Shown here piece by piece: positions 10,741 through 22,811 of a stretch of DNA of 64,000 nucleotides. The DNA is taken from positions 765,394 to 829,393 of the forward strand of contig NW_003314267.1 of assembly GCF_000143415.4 (NCBI RefSeq), read 5' to 3'. The translations under genes were made by a program, and so were the position numbers. A model generated the notes under the pieces. The model searched no databases and had not been told where the DNA came from. It saw only the letters and a program-made list of their open reading frames with translations. This DNA comes from Selaginella moellendorffii (taxonomy: Eukaryota > Plantae > Lycopodiophyta). Numbering within the stretch: the stretch's first letter is position 1; every line of letters begins with the position of its first letter.

Positions 10741-13700
10741 ATGGCGGAGAGCGAGGCCCAGCGATCGGCATGGGAGAGCGCTCAGCGCTTGAAAATCAGC
10801 GTGGATCTCGTCGACGCTGCCAAGGAGGAGCTGGAGTTCCTGGCGCTCGTCGATCGGATCCCGCGGCTCTACGAGGGAGAAGCCCTGAACCAAGCGATCC
10901 ACAGGTAAAATCTCTTCGATGAATGCGGTAGGTATCGACGATCGCTGGCCAGGTACACGAGCTTTTGGCTTCCCTTTGCTGCCGCCTATGATCAGAACGA
11001 TGGCGCAAAGCTTCCGTTGGTGCCGCCCTTGGATTGTGCATGGGTTTGGCATTGCCACAGGCTCAGCCCGGTAAGATGTTTACTTTGTTTCCCGTTTCTT
11101 AGTCTCTTTCCAATTTTCGTCAATGCGACGAGCCTTTCTAGGTGCGATACGCGCAAGATTGCAAGGCTTTGTTTGGGAAGATCGTGGATGCTCCTTTGGC
11201 TTCACCGCAGAGCAACGATGCGGCAACCATTGAGACACAGAAACTCTGGAGTGCCAGATTTCCGGACGAGCCTTTCAACTTGGACGTGAACTATAAGAGT
11301 AGTCATTCTTCATCAATTCCGGAGGAAGAAGGCCGCAAAAAGCTTGCTCAGTACCTCGAAGGCGCTGTCTCTAGGCAAAAATCTTTCTATTATCAGGTGA
11401 GAGTTATAAGTTTTCTCCACTTTCGGTGCTTACATTTTGTTAAATTTTTTTGGACGCAGGTCTCTCAGGCCCACTATTTGGAAGAGAGCTTCCTGAAAGC
11501 GGCAGAACAAAGATACAAAGGGTTTTTGTATCTGATGACGCTGGGTTCGACCTTCTTCGTCCCCACTTACGACGTCGACGTAATGTGGCACGCTCACCAG
11601 CGAAGCCCGGCTGCTTATCATGAGGACTTGATCAGGATTTTGGGTATAGTGCTGGATCACGATGATACCGACAGTGACAGAACAAAAGGGAGGAAGCTAG
11701 ACAACGGGTTTACAAAGACTCGAGATATCTGGGAGAAGACTTACGGCTTTCCTTACGAAAAAGCCGGTTGCATGTACCGAGGGGATCAACCATCCGTGCT
11801 GCCGAAACCGACTGGATCAGTGAGCAGGCCTTTACCATCACTCGATCAAGCGTTCCTGACGGCAAGAAAAACTTTGCAGGTCAGTAATAGCCTCTTTTTC
11901 GTGAGCAATTTTGGTATTAACAGCAAGAAATAAGCAGGTTCGTCTGGCTGTTCTTTCTGCTCGGAACGTTCCTGCGGAGAAGTCTTCATCGACGTTTGTG
12001 AGCTTGTCAACCTTCGCGAACTTCTTAACTCAGACACCGGAAGTAGCAACAGCGTCTCCAAATCCTCAATGGGATAAGCTCTGGCTGCTCGAGTGCGATG
12101 CTGCCGCTGGTGGTCTTGTTCTGGAGCTTCGGCAACGCAGGAAGGGTTTCCTGGGGTTGTCCAAGGGATCAAAGCTTCTTGGCGCGCTGACAATCACTTG
12201 GAAGATGATCCTCGAGACGTCAACTCTCTCGCTCAACGGCTGGTTCCCGCTGTTTACTCCCGATGGCGTGACTACGGATAAGGTGCCGTCTCTTCGCGTG
12301 GAAGTATCAGTGACGCCTCCTGTTCGCGCTCCATATGTCATGAAAGTTACCAAGCCTGAACTGCGTGGCGGAAAACACCTCGCTAAAGTCCTCGACCATA
12401 CAAACAAGGATGTTTTCCATGTGCACACAAGGTACGCGTTTGATATCAAAACTTGAATATGTGTGAAGTATCTTATGTTACAGTTTCTCTTCCGGTGTGA
12501 GATCAATTACGGTGGCTGCCACACACAATGCAGGCCATAAACTAGGTAGATTCTTTAAGTGACGAGGCTTCAAACAGTGCTAATACTTTTGGACAGTGTT
12601 GTTGGCGGTCGCTGAAACCCCAAACTTGTGGCAATGGTCTTTGGACGGTGATTGCACCATTGTCATAGGAAGGAATGCGGAATATGAAGTACATTTTGGA
12701 GCTTGTGGTGACGGCTGTCCGGTACTTTCTCTCGACATCTTTGTCTCCTTTCCATAAACTAATCTTTGAATTGATCCAGGTGACGCTTGTAGCTGGAAGA
12801 AAACTTCAGTTCGCATTGGCAGGAACTAAAGACGTCAACGAAGGGTTTGTCACGTTAATTCGCTATCTTCCCAAAGCTCCAAATGGAAAGGCGACTGCAC
12901 TTTTCAACTGGAAGACTGGCTATATGGAGGTAATTGATAATTCATTCCTTGCTCACAGTCAGAAACCTCATGCAGGTCACGGTCGAAGAAAACACGATGT
13001 TGGTAGCGGCATTGCTGTGTGCCACAGCCACTTCAATGGCTTGTTTGTCCCTAGACAATCAGAAGCCAGTAACCAAATCTCTTACCAGCAGAAGCTATCG
13101 AGGTAAAACGCGAAAGTTGTCTAGCTTCCCAGTTTCACATTGTTTTCATCAGAGTCCCGCGGGTTTGGCCTTTTCGGCCGGCACCAGCGTTCCAAACCAT
13201 CCGCCTGTGACATCTTTCTTCCCGAGGCCGTCATCTTAGCCAGTGCCGGATGTGGGAGTGGCTGCAATGGGAACTGCGGAGGTAAAACAGGATCAGGATC
13301 ACCACACCATCCTCAAGGAGGAGCTTGTGGATCCGGGTGTGGAGGTGCCGGTGGCTGTGGAGGTGGCTGTGGATCATCGCTTCCAAAAGCCGGTGCTCAT
13401 GACTCCAAAGGAGGAGCTTGTGGATCTGGCTGTGGAGGTGGCGGTGGCTGCGGTGGTGGCTGTGGATCATCACTTCCAAAGGATGACTCCAAGGGAGGAG
13501 CTTGTGGATCCGGGTGTGGAGGCGGCGGTGGCTGCGGTGGTGGCTGTGGATCATCACTTCCAAAGGATGACTCCAAGGGAGGAGCTTGTGGATCCGGATG
13601 TGGAGGTGGCGGTGGCTGCGGTGGTGGCTGTGGATCATCACTTTCAAACGCCGGAGCTCATGACTCCAAAGGAGGAGCTTGTGGATCCGGCTGCGGTGGT

Positions 13701-13772
13701 GGCTGTGGATCCTCACTTTTCAAAGCCCAGGATCACAACATCGTTGGATCTTCGATTCCTAATGGATCATGA
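10741..13772 (+). CDS. GRDP: Glycine-rich domain-containing protein (GRDP, DUF1399) with an expanded Cys/Gly C-terminal repeat
   Basis: Motifs ISVDLVDAAKEELEFL, VPPLDCAWVWHCHRLSP, AVSRQKSFYYQV, FVPTYDVDVMWHAHQ, HDDTDSDRTKGRKLD, and a GCGG-rich tail. Confidence 0.9.
13315..13722 (+). repeat. Coding tandem repeat, 5 units (four of 84-93 nt, last one shorter) encoding GGACGSGCGGGGGCGGGCGSSLPK(x)DSK
   Basis: Visible directly in the DNA and in ORF 13140-13772. Confidence 0.95.
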
Positions 13773-14276
13773 TCAACACATTCAAATGCAAACTGGCTAG
13801 TGGACGAAGCTGTAAATTTCTCGCTACCGTACGAGGATGTTTTTACTTTAACGTTGCTACCGTACATGTGAATAGAATCCTTTCCGATGATTTTTAAGAT
13901 ATATAAAATATCAGCCAGTCGTTTTGTCCTGGCGCGCTCCGATCACGTCTATCTGGCCGTCTATTCAAATTTCTGAGATCTCTTAAGTGGCACGATCCGG
14001 GCCGTCGGAATGGACGGTCTGGGTTTGCTCTTATTCTAGCCCGTGAAGCGCTTGCGTTTTGGCGCAGCTGGAGGTGGGAGACGACGTAGCCGGGCACGCT
14101 AGGTTTGGATCGATTCGATCGCGCTCTAGGTCGGAGACAGGTTCCCGGAGGCGCTGGGGCTCGGGGATTCGCGATCGCGATCGCGATCCGGATGCGGAGG
14201 TTTATGCTAGGGCTTGAAGAATCGCGCAGGCGCATCGCAATCCAGGCGCTGGATCCATAGAATTGTGGCAATTCCC

Positions 14277-16579
14277 ATGGCGGATTACGTCGGCCCTTTG
14301 CACTCGTGGCTGATTAAGAATGGACTGGGGGAGTCGGTGAACCACACCTTGGTGGTGTCCATCTCGCTCTTCGTGACGCTGATCTGCGCGTGTATTGTCC
14401 TCGGGCATCTGTTGGAGGAGGTGAAATGGGCGAGCGAGTCTATCGTTTCCCTTATCTTGGTACACGAAACGATTGCTTTTAGCTACCGAATTGCTTAACT
14501 TTGTTCTTTCCAGGGTGTGGGGACTGGATTTATCGTCCTCATTATCAGTGGTGGGAAAAATTCTCACATACTCCAGTTCAACGAGGAGCTCTTTTTTATT
14601 TACTTGCTGCCACCAATCATCTTCAATGCAGGGTAACTACTCGGTAACTTTTTTTCCATTCTTACAGCTTGTTCGTTGTGAATTCTAGATTCCAAGTCAA
14701 GAAGAAACACTTTTTCCGTAACTTTGCTTCGATCATGTTGTACGGTGCCGCCGGAGTGTTCATATCTTTTGTCATAATCTCGTTTGGTGAGTCGTCTAAT
14801 GTCCAAAACGAATTGCCCTGTTGATATTTTGTTTTCCAGGTTGTAGATATATCTTTCCACATTTGGGACTTAATTTAGCTCCAAGGAGCTATCTCGGTAA
14901 AGGCTTTGATTCGGATCTTCAGCCTGGCTTAACTTTGCTTTTGGGTTTAGCACTTGGAACAATCTTTTCCGCCACAGATACCGTCTGTACGCTGCAGGTT
15001 TTAAGTCAAGACGAAACTCCTTTGTTGTATAGTCTGGTCTTCGGGGAAGGAGTTGTGAATGACGCTACCTCAGTTGTTCTCTTTAGAACGATTCAAAAGC
15101 TTGGCACGGCAAGCATCAACGGGCTCACGGCGCTTGGGATGTTTGCTGATTTTATCTACCTTTTCTTGAGCAGCACAGTGCTGGGAGTTGCTGTAAGTGC
15201 CTGTCAAAGTTACATGCAAGTAACTATGTAACTTTGACATTCCTTTCTTATTTCCAGGCAGGACTGCTAAGCGCGTATATTATCAAAACGCTATACTTCG
15301 GCAGGTATGCTTTCCAGTTCAAGTTTTTTAAGCTTTGTGATGAACTCTTTCGCAGGCACTCGACCGACAGAGAAATTGCAATCATGACTTTGATGGCATA
15401 TCTTTCCTACATGATTGCCGAGGTGAGAGTTTTTTTCTGTATAGAGAGGTAGCATTTCTTCTTGTTCTCATGCGTATGCCATTCCAGCTGTTCTACCTGA
15501 GTGGGATCCTCACAGTCTTCTTTTGTGGCATTGTTATGTCACATTATACATGGCACAACGTCACGGAGAGCTCAAGAATCACAACCAAGTACAGTGACAA
15601 ATCTGTATCTTATGTTTTAACTTATTCCTGCAGGCACACCTTTGCAACTATGTCCTTCATCGCTGAGACATTTATCTTTTTATACGTTGGAATGGACGCA
15701 CTGGACCTGGAGAAATGGAGGTTGGCAGATAAGAGGTGGGGCAAAAAAATGGTTTTTTGTTTTCTTTCGTCTTTTCTAAACTACTGCTGACCAAATAGAC
15801 AATCATTTTCGATATTCGGCGTTGTCATAGCCTTGGTTTTGGTTAGCCGAGCCGCATTTGTGTTTCCTTTGTCTGCTGTGGCCAACTTTTTCACCCGATC
15901 TGAGGCTGGGAAGATTACAATCAGACAGCAGGTAGTATCACGTTGGGTCGGTTTTGACAACTTCATGCGTTGTGTCTTGTAGGTGATCATTTGGTGGGCG
16001 GGTTTGATACGGGGAGCGGTCTCAATAGCATTGGCTTTCAACGAGGCAAGTCTCACGATTGTTTCACAAATCTCTCGTTTAATCGTGGTGCCTCCTCACA
16101 GTTTACAAGATCCGGAAGCACTATTTTCCCCGACAATGCCACCCTTATCACTAGCACGATTATTGCTGTCCTCTTCAGCACAGTGGTAAGCACACACTTG
16201 TTTTTCTTCTTTTTTTATGCTTTCTCTGAGCTTGCGAGTGGAACCTTGCCAGGTGTTTGGAATGATAACGAAGCCATTGATCGGGTGGCTGCTGCCTCCA
16301 CACATGAGACGTCCGGCAGTGGATTCAGAGCCGTCGTCCCCGAAAGAAGCAAACATCGATCATACTGTGGATGGGAACTTGGAGCTTCCCCTCCTGACCG
16401 AGAGGCTCCAGAATCTAAGGAATGGAGTTGCGCGGAGGAGCAGCTTGCGAATGCTGCTCGAGGCTCCAACCTCGACAATCCATCGCATGTGGAGATCATT
16501 CGACGATGCCTACATGCGCCCGATGTTTGGAGGCCGTGGCTTCGTCCCAATCCTTCCGGGCTCACCAGGTTCTTCTTGA
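14277..16579 (+). CDS. NHX: Vacuolar-type Na+(K+)/H+ antiporter (multi-exon)
   Basis: Amiloride-binding motif LFFIYLLPPIIFNAG, plus DETPLLYSLVFGEGVVNDATSVVLF, HSTDREIA, IIWWAGLIRGAVSIALA and WRSFDDAYMRPMFGGRGF. Confidence 0.95.
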
Positions 16580-16792
16580 AACTTCTTCTTCAACAGGTTT
16601 ATTCTCGAAAGCTTTTCAGGTTCCTCTAAAACGCTGACGTTGGCAGGTTCTTCTTAAACTTCTTTCTTTCTCCGAGGATCGAGAAATCCATCGCTTTACT
16701 TGATTCTTTTCTAGGAGCACGCCGCACAGAGAGATTAAAGTTTTGTATGTAATTTTGTACTGCGAGAATGTAAAGATGCGTTTTGGAAAGGT

Positions 16793-16838
16793 GGATATTC
16801 GCCCAAAATGCATTCGCATTTTCGAATGTTGGATATTC
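16793..16838. promoter_or_regulatory. Tandem P1BS (GNATATNC) PHR-binding sites upstream of the SPX gene
   Basis: GGATATTC at 16793-16800 and 16831-16838, about 140-180 nt before the SPX ATG. Confidence 0.8.
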
Positions 16839-16975
16839 CAAAAGCGGAGATGCGAGGGAAAGTAATTGGAAAGTCCGCCCGCGGCCGTGGCGAGGCCGTG
16901 GCCGCTGGATGCAAGCAATCGGATGGTGAGAGAGAGCTTAATAGGCTCTGGAAGAACATTAGGAGCCCACCCACC

Positions 16976-17816
16976 ATGAAATTTGGAAAGGCCCTTCGGC
17001 GCGTGATCGATCAGACGTTTCCGGCATGGCAGGAATTTTTCATTGCGTACAAGGATCTCAAGCAGCAGCTCAATCGCATCGCAGCAATCCGGCAGCAAAT
17101 GCCCAATCCAGCAGAAACGCCGGCGAGATTGATCATCGCCCCCGCCGAGACCGCGGAAGAGATGCGCTTCGTCACGCTCCTATATCGCGAAATCTCCAAG
17201 CTCAATGCCTTCTTCAGCGAGGAGGAGGAGGAATTCGTGATCCGGTTCCAGGTAGTAGGTCTTGCGCGGTTTCTTTAGATCGAAATCTTTACTCGCTGCG
17301 CAGGATCTGCGAGAGAAGGCAGTGGAGAATCACGCTAGCCGCGGCGGCTTGCTCCGGATCTGGCGAGATCTCGTGTGCCTCCATGGCGAGATGATCTTGC
17401 TCGAGAACTACAGCTCCATCAATTGCCTGGGTATGGATGAGCTTTCGCTTGGCAGTGGATGATTTTGACGGAATTCCTGGCCAGGGCTGGTGAAGATCGT
17501 GAAGAAGCACGACAAGCTGAGCAGCAGCGTGGCGCTCCTCCGCCTCCCATTCGTGCGGAGGCTATTGCGGCAGCCATTCTTCCAGACGGAGCAGCTGTTC
17601 GTGCTCATCGCCGAGTGCGAGCGGATCTTGCGCGCGCTGGAGAGATCGCTGCGATCCGTGGCGGCTGATGGACACGACGAGGAGGGATTCGACGGGGACG
17701 ATGGAGACGACCAAAGCGGCAGGATTGTGAGGAGCACCGTGGCGGCACTGGGGACGATCCAGCATTTGCGCAACGGGAGCTCCACGTATGGCCCTTCTTC
17801 CCTACGCTACGACTGA
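16976..17816 (+). CDS. SPX: Stand-alone SPX-domain phosphate sensor (3 exons)
   Basis: MKFGKAL...W...FIAYKDLK, EISKLNAFFSEEEEEFVI, LHGEMILLENYSSIN, GLVKIVKKHDK, QPFFQTE, GSST. Confidence 0.93.
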
Positions 17817-17954
17817 AGAACCCTAAAAACAGAGCAAATGTGAAAGCCCTTAAAAAAAAGAGGTTTCCCTTTAAGTAAGCCTTTAAAACACGAATATCTT
17901 ACGAATATAGGGCTAGTTCTCTACCATTTTTTTGAAGATTTAGGGTTGTTCACG

Positions 17955-18729
17955 ATGCTACGCCTTGTTCGTGGCGTGGCGCCGCTGCGGCCGCCGCCCC
18001 CTTTGATTCTCTCGCGGAGGCTTCTGTTCGATGATCTTCCGGAGCGCGACAAGAACGAGTACGAGCTGCGGAGCCTTGCATTTGTGCGGCAGGAGCGGCA
18101 AATGTGAGTGATTCTGCGGCGAATATCTTCGAAAGTTCTATCTCTGCTTGTTTGTTGCGTAGGCAGATTCCGTGAGGAGATGTTTGAGAGGGCGTGCCAG
18201 CGATTCGAGATGAACCGGTTCCGCCTCGCGGATTCGACGCTGAGATCTGTGGTATGTGAAACAAGTTTTTGGTCGTTCTCTCAGAGTTTCTCGAGTTTCT
18301 CTAGAACTGGGGGAACGATAACGCAATGAGAATAGCTTTCTCGCAGATCGACAGCAATAACGATGGCTATATCACTCCATCGGAGGTCTGGTTTTCAAAG
18401 TGTTTTGGTTTCGCAAAGTCGATCGAGCTCTCTATGCACAGCTTGCGAGATATCTATCGAAATGGGGAGCCAATCTTGACAAACAAGACATTGAGAAGAT
18501 GATCAAATTCGTGGACAGAGACAAAGACGGCAAAGTTTCGTTCCGAGAGTTCTCCAAGATGATCCGCGGAGAATTTGATTCACCCCTCGGTAAGCCATTG
18601 TCTCATTTCCTCTTGGAAGCGATAAAAAATCTTCGATCCAATTCCTCCATTTTGTTTTTCCAGGAAGAATTCGCGCGAGAAGCAAAAGCAAAGATGGAAG
18701 CTGAGAAACAACATAATCCAAAGCTCTAG
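17955..18729 (+). CDS. Small EF-hand (calmodulin-like lobe) protein with putative mitochondrial presequence
   Basis: Two canonical loops, DSNNDGYITPSE and DRDKDGKVSFRE. Arg/Leu-rich N-terminus MLRLVRGVAPLRPP. Short GT-AG introns. Confidence 0.75.
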
Positions 18730-19093
18730 AAAGCGATTAGATTATATCGGTGATTATTATAAGAGGTCCATGGTCAAGACCGACGGCCGGGATGCAATCC
18801 CAGTCCGCTAAAAGAGGTGGCTATCCTATCAACGGTGGGACGGCCCGGTAAGCCATCTGACGGTCACGATTGCGCCACCGCGGGGTTAAGATGGTCCTTT
18901 TTTCCTCCTTTCATACTTCCATTTAGCCCGAGTGAGCCCTTTGCTCGGCAAGGGTTTTGCAGATCTCCGCTGTTCTTCCTAGGATTGGCGTCTGGGCGCC
19001 ACGAATCGGCGCGAGGTAAGCTCATTGGCGCCGAGATAGATGATATTTCGACTAGATCTGGATCGCATCGACTCACAATCCCCGCTCTTGCAG

Positions 19094-20583
19094 ATGGAAG
19101 ATCGTCGAGTTCTACCGACAGTGTCACAAAAGCTGATTGGCGGCCCCTCGCCATTCGGCTATGGCAGGACTGCCGATAGGATCTATGGATCTTACGCCAC
19201 GTCCTCGTATCTAGGAGCCGCCAGGTCGAGGTACGTCTCGGAGCTCACGGGGGGCCTGAGGGGATTCTCGGCGGCGGGGGCGGCGACGAACATCGCTGCT
19301 CCATCGCCGGTTTTCGTTCCAGCGCCTGCCGAGAGGGGGAAGAGCGCATTCCTGATAGATTTCATGATGGGTGGAGTGTCAGCCGCGGTGTCCAAGACCG
19401 CCGCCGCTCCAATCGAGCGCGTGAAGCTCCTGATCCAGAACCAGGACGAGATGCTCAAGCAGGGACGTCTCCAGGAGCCTTACAAGGGTATTGGCGACTG
19501 TTTCAAGCGGACGATTAGCCAAGAAGGGTTTGGGTCTCTGTGGAGAGGAAACATGGCAAACGTGATCCGATATTTCCCGACCCAGGTTAGTCTCTTCTTT
19601 CCTTTGTGGCTTGCCTTTGTGTTGTGATTGGGTTTTCCATGTCTCTACGTCGTTTGTTCTGTAGCTAATCAAGGCCTGCTGTCAAAGCTATGTTTTTTCC
19701 TGGAGCTTTTCTGGCATTGGATGATTTCTTTACTTGTGTTTACTTGTTTTTATTGCTGACAGAAGTGTGAGTTTTGGTTTTCAAATCATCGCGGTGTTCT
19801 GGATGGATTTGTGTTCTAAAACGTGTTCTTTTTTCGCAGGCCTTGAACTTCGCCTTCAAGGACTACTTCAAGAGAGTGTTCAACTTCAAGAAGGACAAGG
19901 ATGGCTACTGGGTGTGGTTCGCCGGGAACCTGGCGTCCGGGGGTGCCGCCGGTGCAACCTCGCTGCTGTTCGTCTACTCGCTGGACTACGCGCGAACTCG
20001 GCTGGCCAACGACGCCAAGGCCGCAAAGAAGGCCGGCGTGGCTGGAGAGCGCCAGTTCAATGGCCTGCTCGATGTCTACAAGAAGACCATGGCCACGGAC
20101 GGCATCGGCGGACTCTACCGTGGTTTCACCATCTCGTGCGTGGGTATCATTGTCTACAGGGGCCTCTACTTTGGAATGTACGACTCGCTCAAGCCGGTGC
20201 TTCTCACTGGATCTCTGGAGGTAAACTCTTCTTGGCGCTTTGGTTTTGACCGAGGCTAACTGGTGTGTGATCTCCTGTTCCAGGGCAACTTCCTTGCGAG
20301 CTTTTTTCTAGGTTGGGGGATCACGACTGGAGCTGGACTGGCTTCATACCCCATTGACACAGTGCGGCGTAGGATGATGATGACTTCGGGCCAGGCAGTG
20401 AAGTACAACGGATCGATGGATTGCTTCAAGCAGATTATCAAGAACGAGGGAACCAAGTCGCTGTTCAAGGGCGCGGGGGCCAACATCTTGCGAGCGGTGG
20501 CGGGTGCCGGAGTGTTGTCGGGCTACGACCAGATGCAACTCATCTTCTTTGGCAAGACTTACGGATCCGGGGGTGGAGGCTAA
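19094..20583 (+). CDS. AAC: Mitochondrial ADP/ATP carrier
   Basis: [39 protein letters not shown] and the RRRMMM signature. A 5'UTR intron (19016-19093) ends directly before the ATG. Confidence 0.97.
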
Positions 20584-21134
20584 GAAGGAAAAGGAGCGGA
20601 GAGCGCGCCGATGATGACGATGAAGAAAGCTCATTCCGTTCTTTTTCTCCTTTTTTTTATTTTTTGCGCAGAGACTCTCTAAAAAGACTTTGTTGTAGCT
20701 TATATTTTTTCAGGCTGTTTTGAATAACTGTTGGGCACTAAAAGTTCCTGGAATGAGTTTACAAAGTTTTGGGGTGAGAATTGGATTTTACAAGTTCCAA
20801 GATTGTGGCATGCTTTACAAGATCAATTCACTATAGTCTTCCAGCTCCTCTATGGATTCATGGGCTGCTGGACATGCTACATGACCTAATTTTTTCATCT
20901 CTAATCTTTGTTGTTTGTTCGCCACAACATAGTACACCTGTTCGCTCGTTAGCACACGGAAATTGAAAGGCCAGGGGCCCCTCCGCAAGGATCAGATATA
21001 CTAAGAACGACAACGAGCTCAATGATCCTCGATAAGCCAACCTAAGTTCAAATCTTGTTTCTTTAAAATAATTAAAAAATTTCTATTTAATTATAATCCG
21101 GGACAAAACGTTAGTAGATTGTAGATAGTGGTGG

Positions 21135-21701
21135 CTACCAGTAGATTGGTGGCGATGGCGGTGGTAGTGGGGATTTGTATTCATATGGTGGTGGTGGTGG
21201 TGGAGACTCGTATTTATACGGTGGCAACGGAGGCGGAGACTCTGGTGGTGGAGATTTGTACTCGTACGGTGGTGGAGATTTCTCATGGTGGTGGAGATTT
21301 GTACTCGTATGGAGGTGGAGACTTCTCGCATTTTGGTGGTGGTGGTGGTGGTGGAGACTTGGGTGGTGGCGGAGGTGGAGATTTCTCACACTTTGGTGGA
21401 AGTGGTGGAGACTTGTAACGGTAAGGAGCTGGTGTGGTGGTGATTCAACCGGTGGCGGTGGTGGTGGTGGGGATTTGTAGCAGTAAGGAGGTGCATTAGG
21501 AGGTGCATTAGGAGGGCATAAACGATTTGGAAACCACCAGGGCCTTCTCAGCCATGGCCTCCAACAGAAGAAATCGATCGTGCTCTTGGGAATTTCAAAG
21601 CCAAAGTTCTTGGCATCTCCAAAACCCCCTGCATTTCGATCCAAAACCTCCTGAGATCCATCAGACCTGACAGTAGAAACCAGGAGAAGCAGCAAAAACA
21701 T
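21135..21701 (-). CDS. Short extensin-like hydroxyproline-rich glycoprotein
   Basis: Signal peptide MFLLLLLVSTVRS, SPPPP blocks and YEYKSPPP/YKY cross-linking motifs. The SP-repeat frame switches within the gene (intron or frameshift). Confidence 0.8.
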   Translation of the reverse strand: MFLLLLLVSTVRSDGSQEVLDRNAGGFGDAKNFGFEIPKSTIDFFCWRPWLRRPWWFPNRLCPPNAPPNAPPYCYKSPPPPPPPVESPPHQLLTVTSLHHFHQSVRNLHLRHHPSLHHHHHHQNARSLHLHTSTNLHHHEKSPPPYEYKSPPPESPPPLPPYKYESPPPPPPYEYKSPLPPPSPPIYW

Positions 21702-22811
21702 GTTGCATGACTTGGAGACCTTTTCTTGTGAGACTACAAAATTTCCAAGTTGTAAAGCCTAGCATTGTGTCTTGGAACCCACTGCTTTCAAATAGTAATG
21801 CTTTAGAAATTGATGGCTCTAAAATCTTGTTTTTGATTTTATTATATTTCAATTAGCGATGTTAGTAACCTTTGCTTTTATAACAATAATAAGGATGAAA
21901 ATGAAATTCAACAAAGAAAAGCTGCATGAATATTCTTATATGAAACTTTGTTAAACATTGACAATCATTAGGGAGCTCAATTTTATCATTGTTTCTTTGG
22001 CACGAATCCCACTAGAAGAAACAATGAGAGAGCACAAACAATTGTTGCCTAGAACATTTATCACTTTGCACTTCACAATATTAAGCACCATTTTATTATG
22101 TTTGGTCTGCCAACAATACTAAAGTGCCAGAGTTAGCAAGCAAAGACGTTTGGCTATTTTTAAATTTTCTTTTGTAGTGAATTTTGGAGTGGCATTTTAG
22201 CTTTATAAAAAGCCCAAGAGATTGAATTTTGGCAACAGTGGCTAGGGTGTGCTGCTGTGAGAGAGTGAAGAGATTCAGTATTCCAAGCATTGTCTCCCAA
22301 CTCTTGCAGCAGTGCTGAACATATGCAAATCTTGGGCCAGCATTGCAAGGGATGTGGGTTTATTCTGGTGTGATTCCAAAACTTTGCTATGCGTTACATA
22401 TAGCAATGTTTGGTTTGGTTTATAATATTAATAATTTATCTAATTGATCAATATATAATTCAAGCTAGAACAAAAGTGGATATGAAGTTTGATTGAGTTT
22501 TTGTGGGATAAGCCACATTTTTCTTCAGCCATCATATCTCAATGAAATTTAGTGATGTAGAAAGTTCCAAGTTTGCATTTTTAACTCGTTACTTCGTAAT
22601 AAACTCGGTTTGAGAAAAAGTAGCAGCTCCATTGAAACCCTTGTTTAACCAGCAAAATGAATACAATTTTCATCTGTAATGCTTTTTAGTTTGATTTTTC
22701 CCCTCTTTTCCAAATTACATCCCGGTGAAAGTGCGTAAGTAATTACAAGGTGACCAAAATTTCTTGACTAACCTGTCTCCCCCACGACTTGTATAATGGA
22801 ATCAATCAAAT

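Noticed and set aside
13315-13722. Repeat-spacer pattern superficially like a CRISPR array
   Set aside because: Eukaryotic coding repeat; the spacers are related to each other and there are no cas genes.
16808-16975. In-frame N-terminal extension of the SPX ORF
   Set aside because: SPX proteins begin at MKF, and the extension overlaps the P1BS promoter region.
21928-21935. Isolated P1BS matches (also 55175-55182 and 58549-58556)
   Set aside because: A motif with 6 fixed bases occurs roughly every 4 kb by chance, so singletons without context are uninformative.
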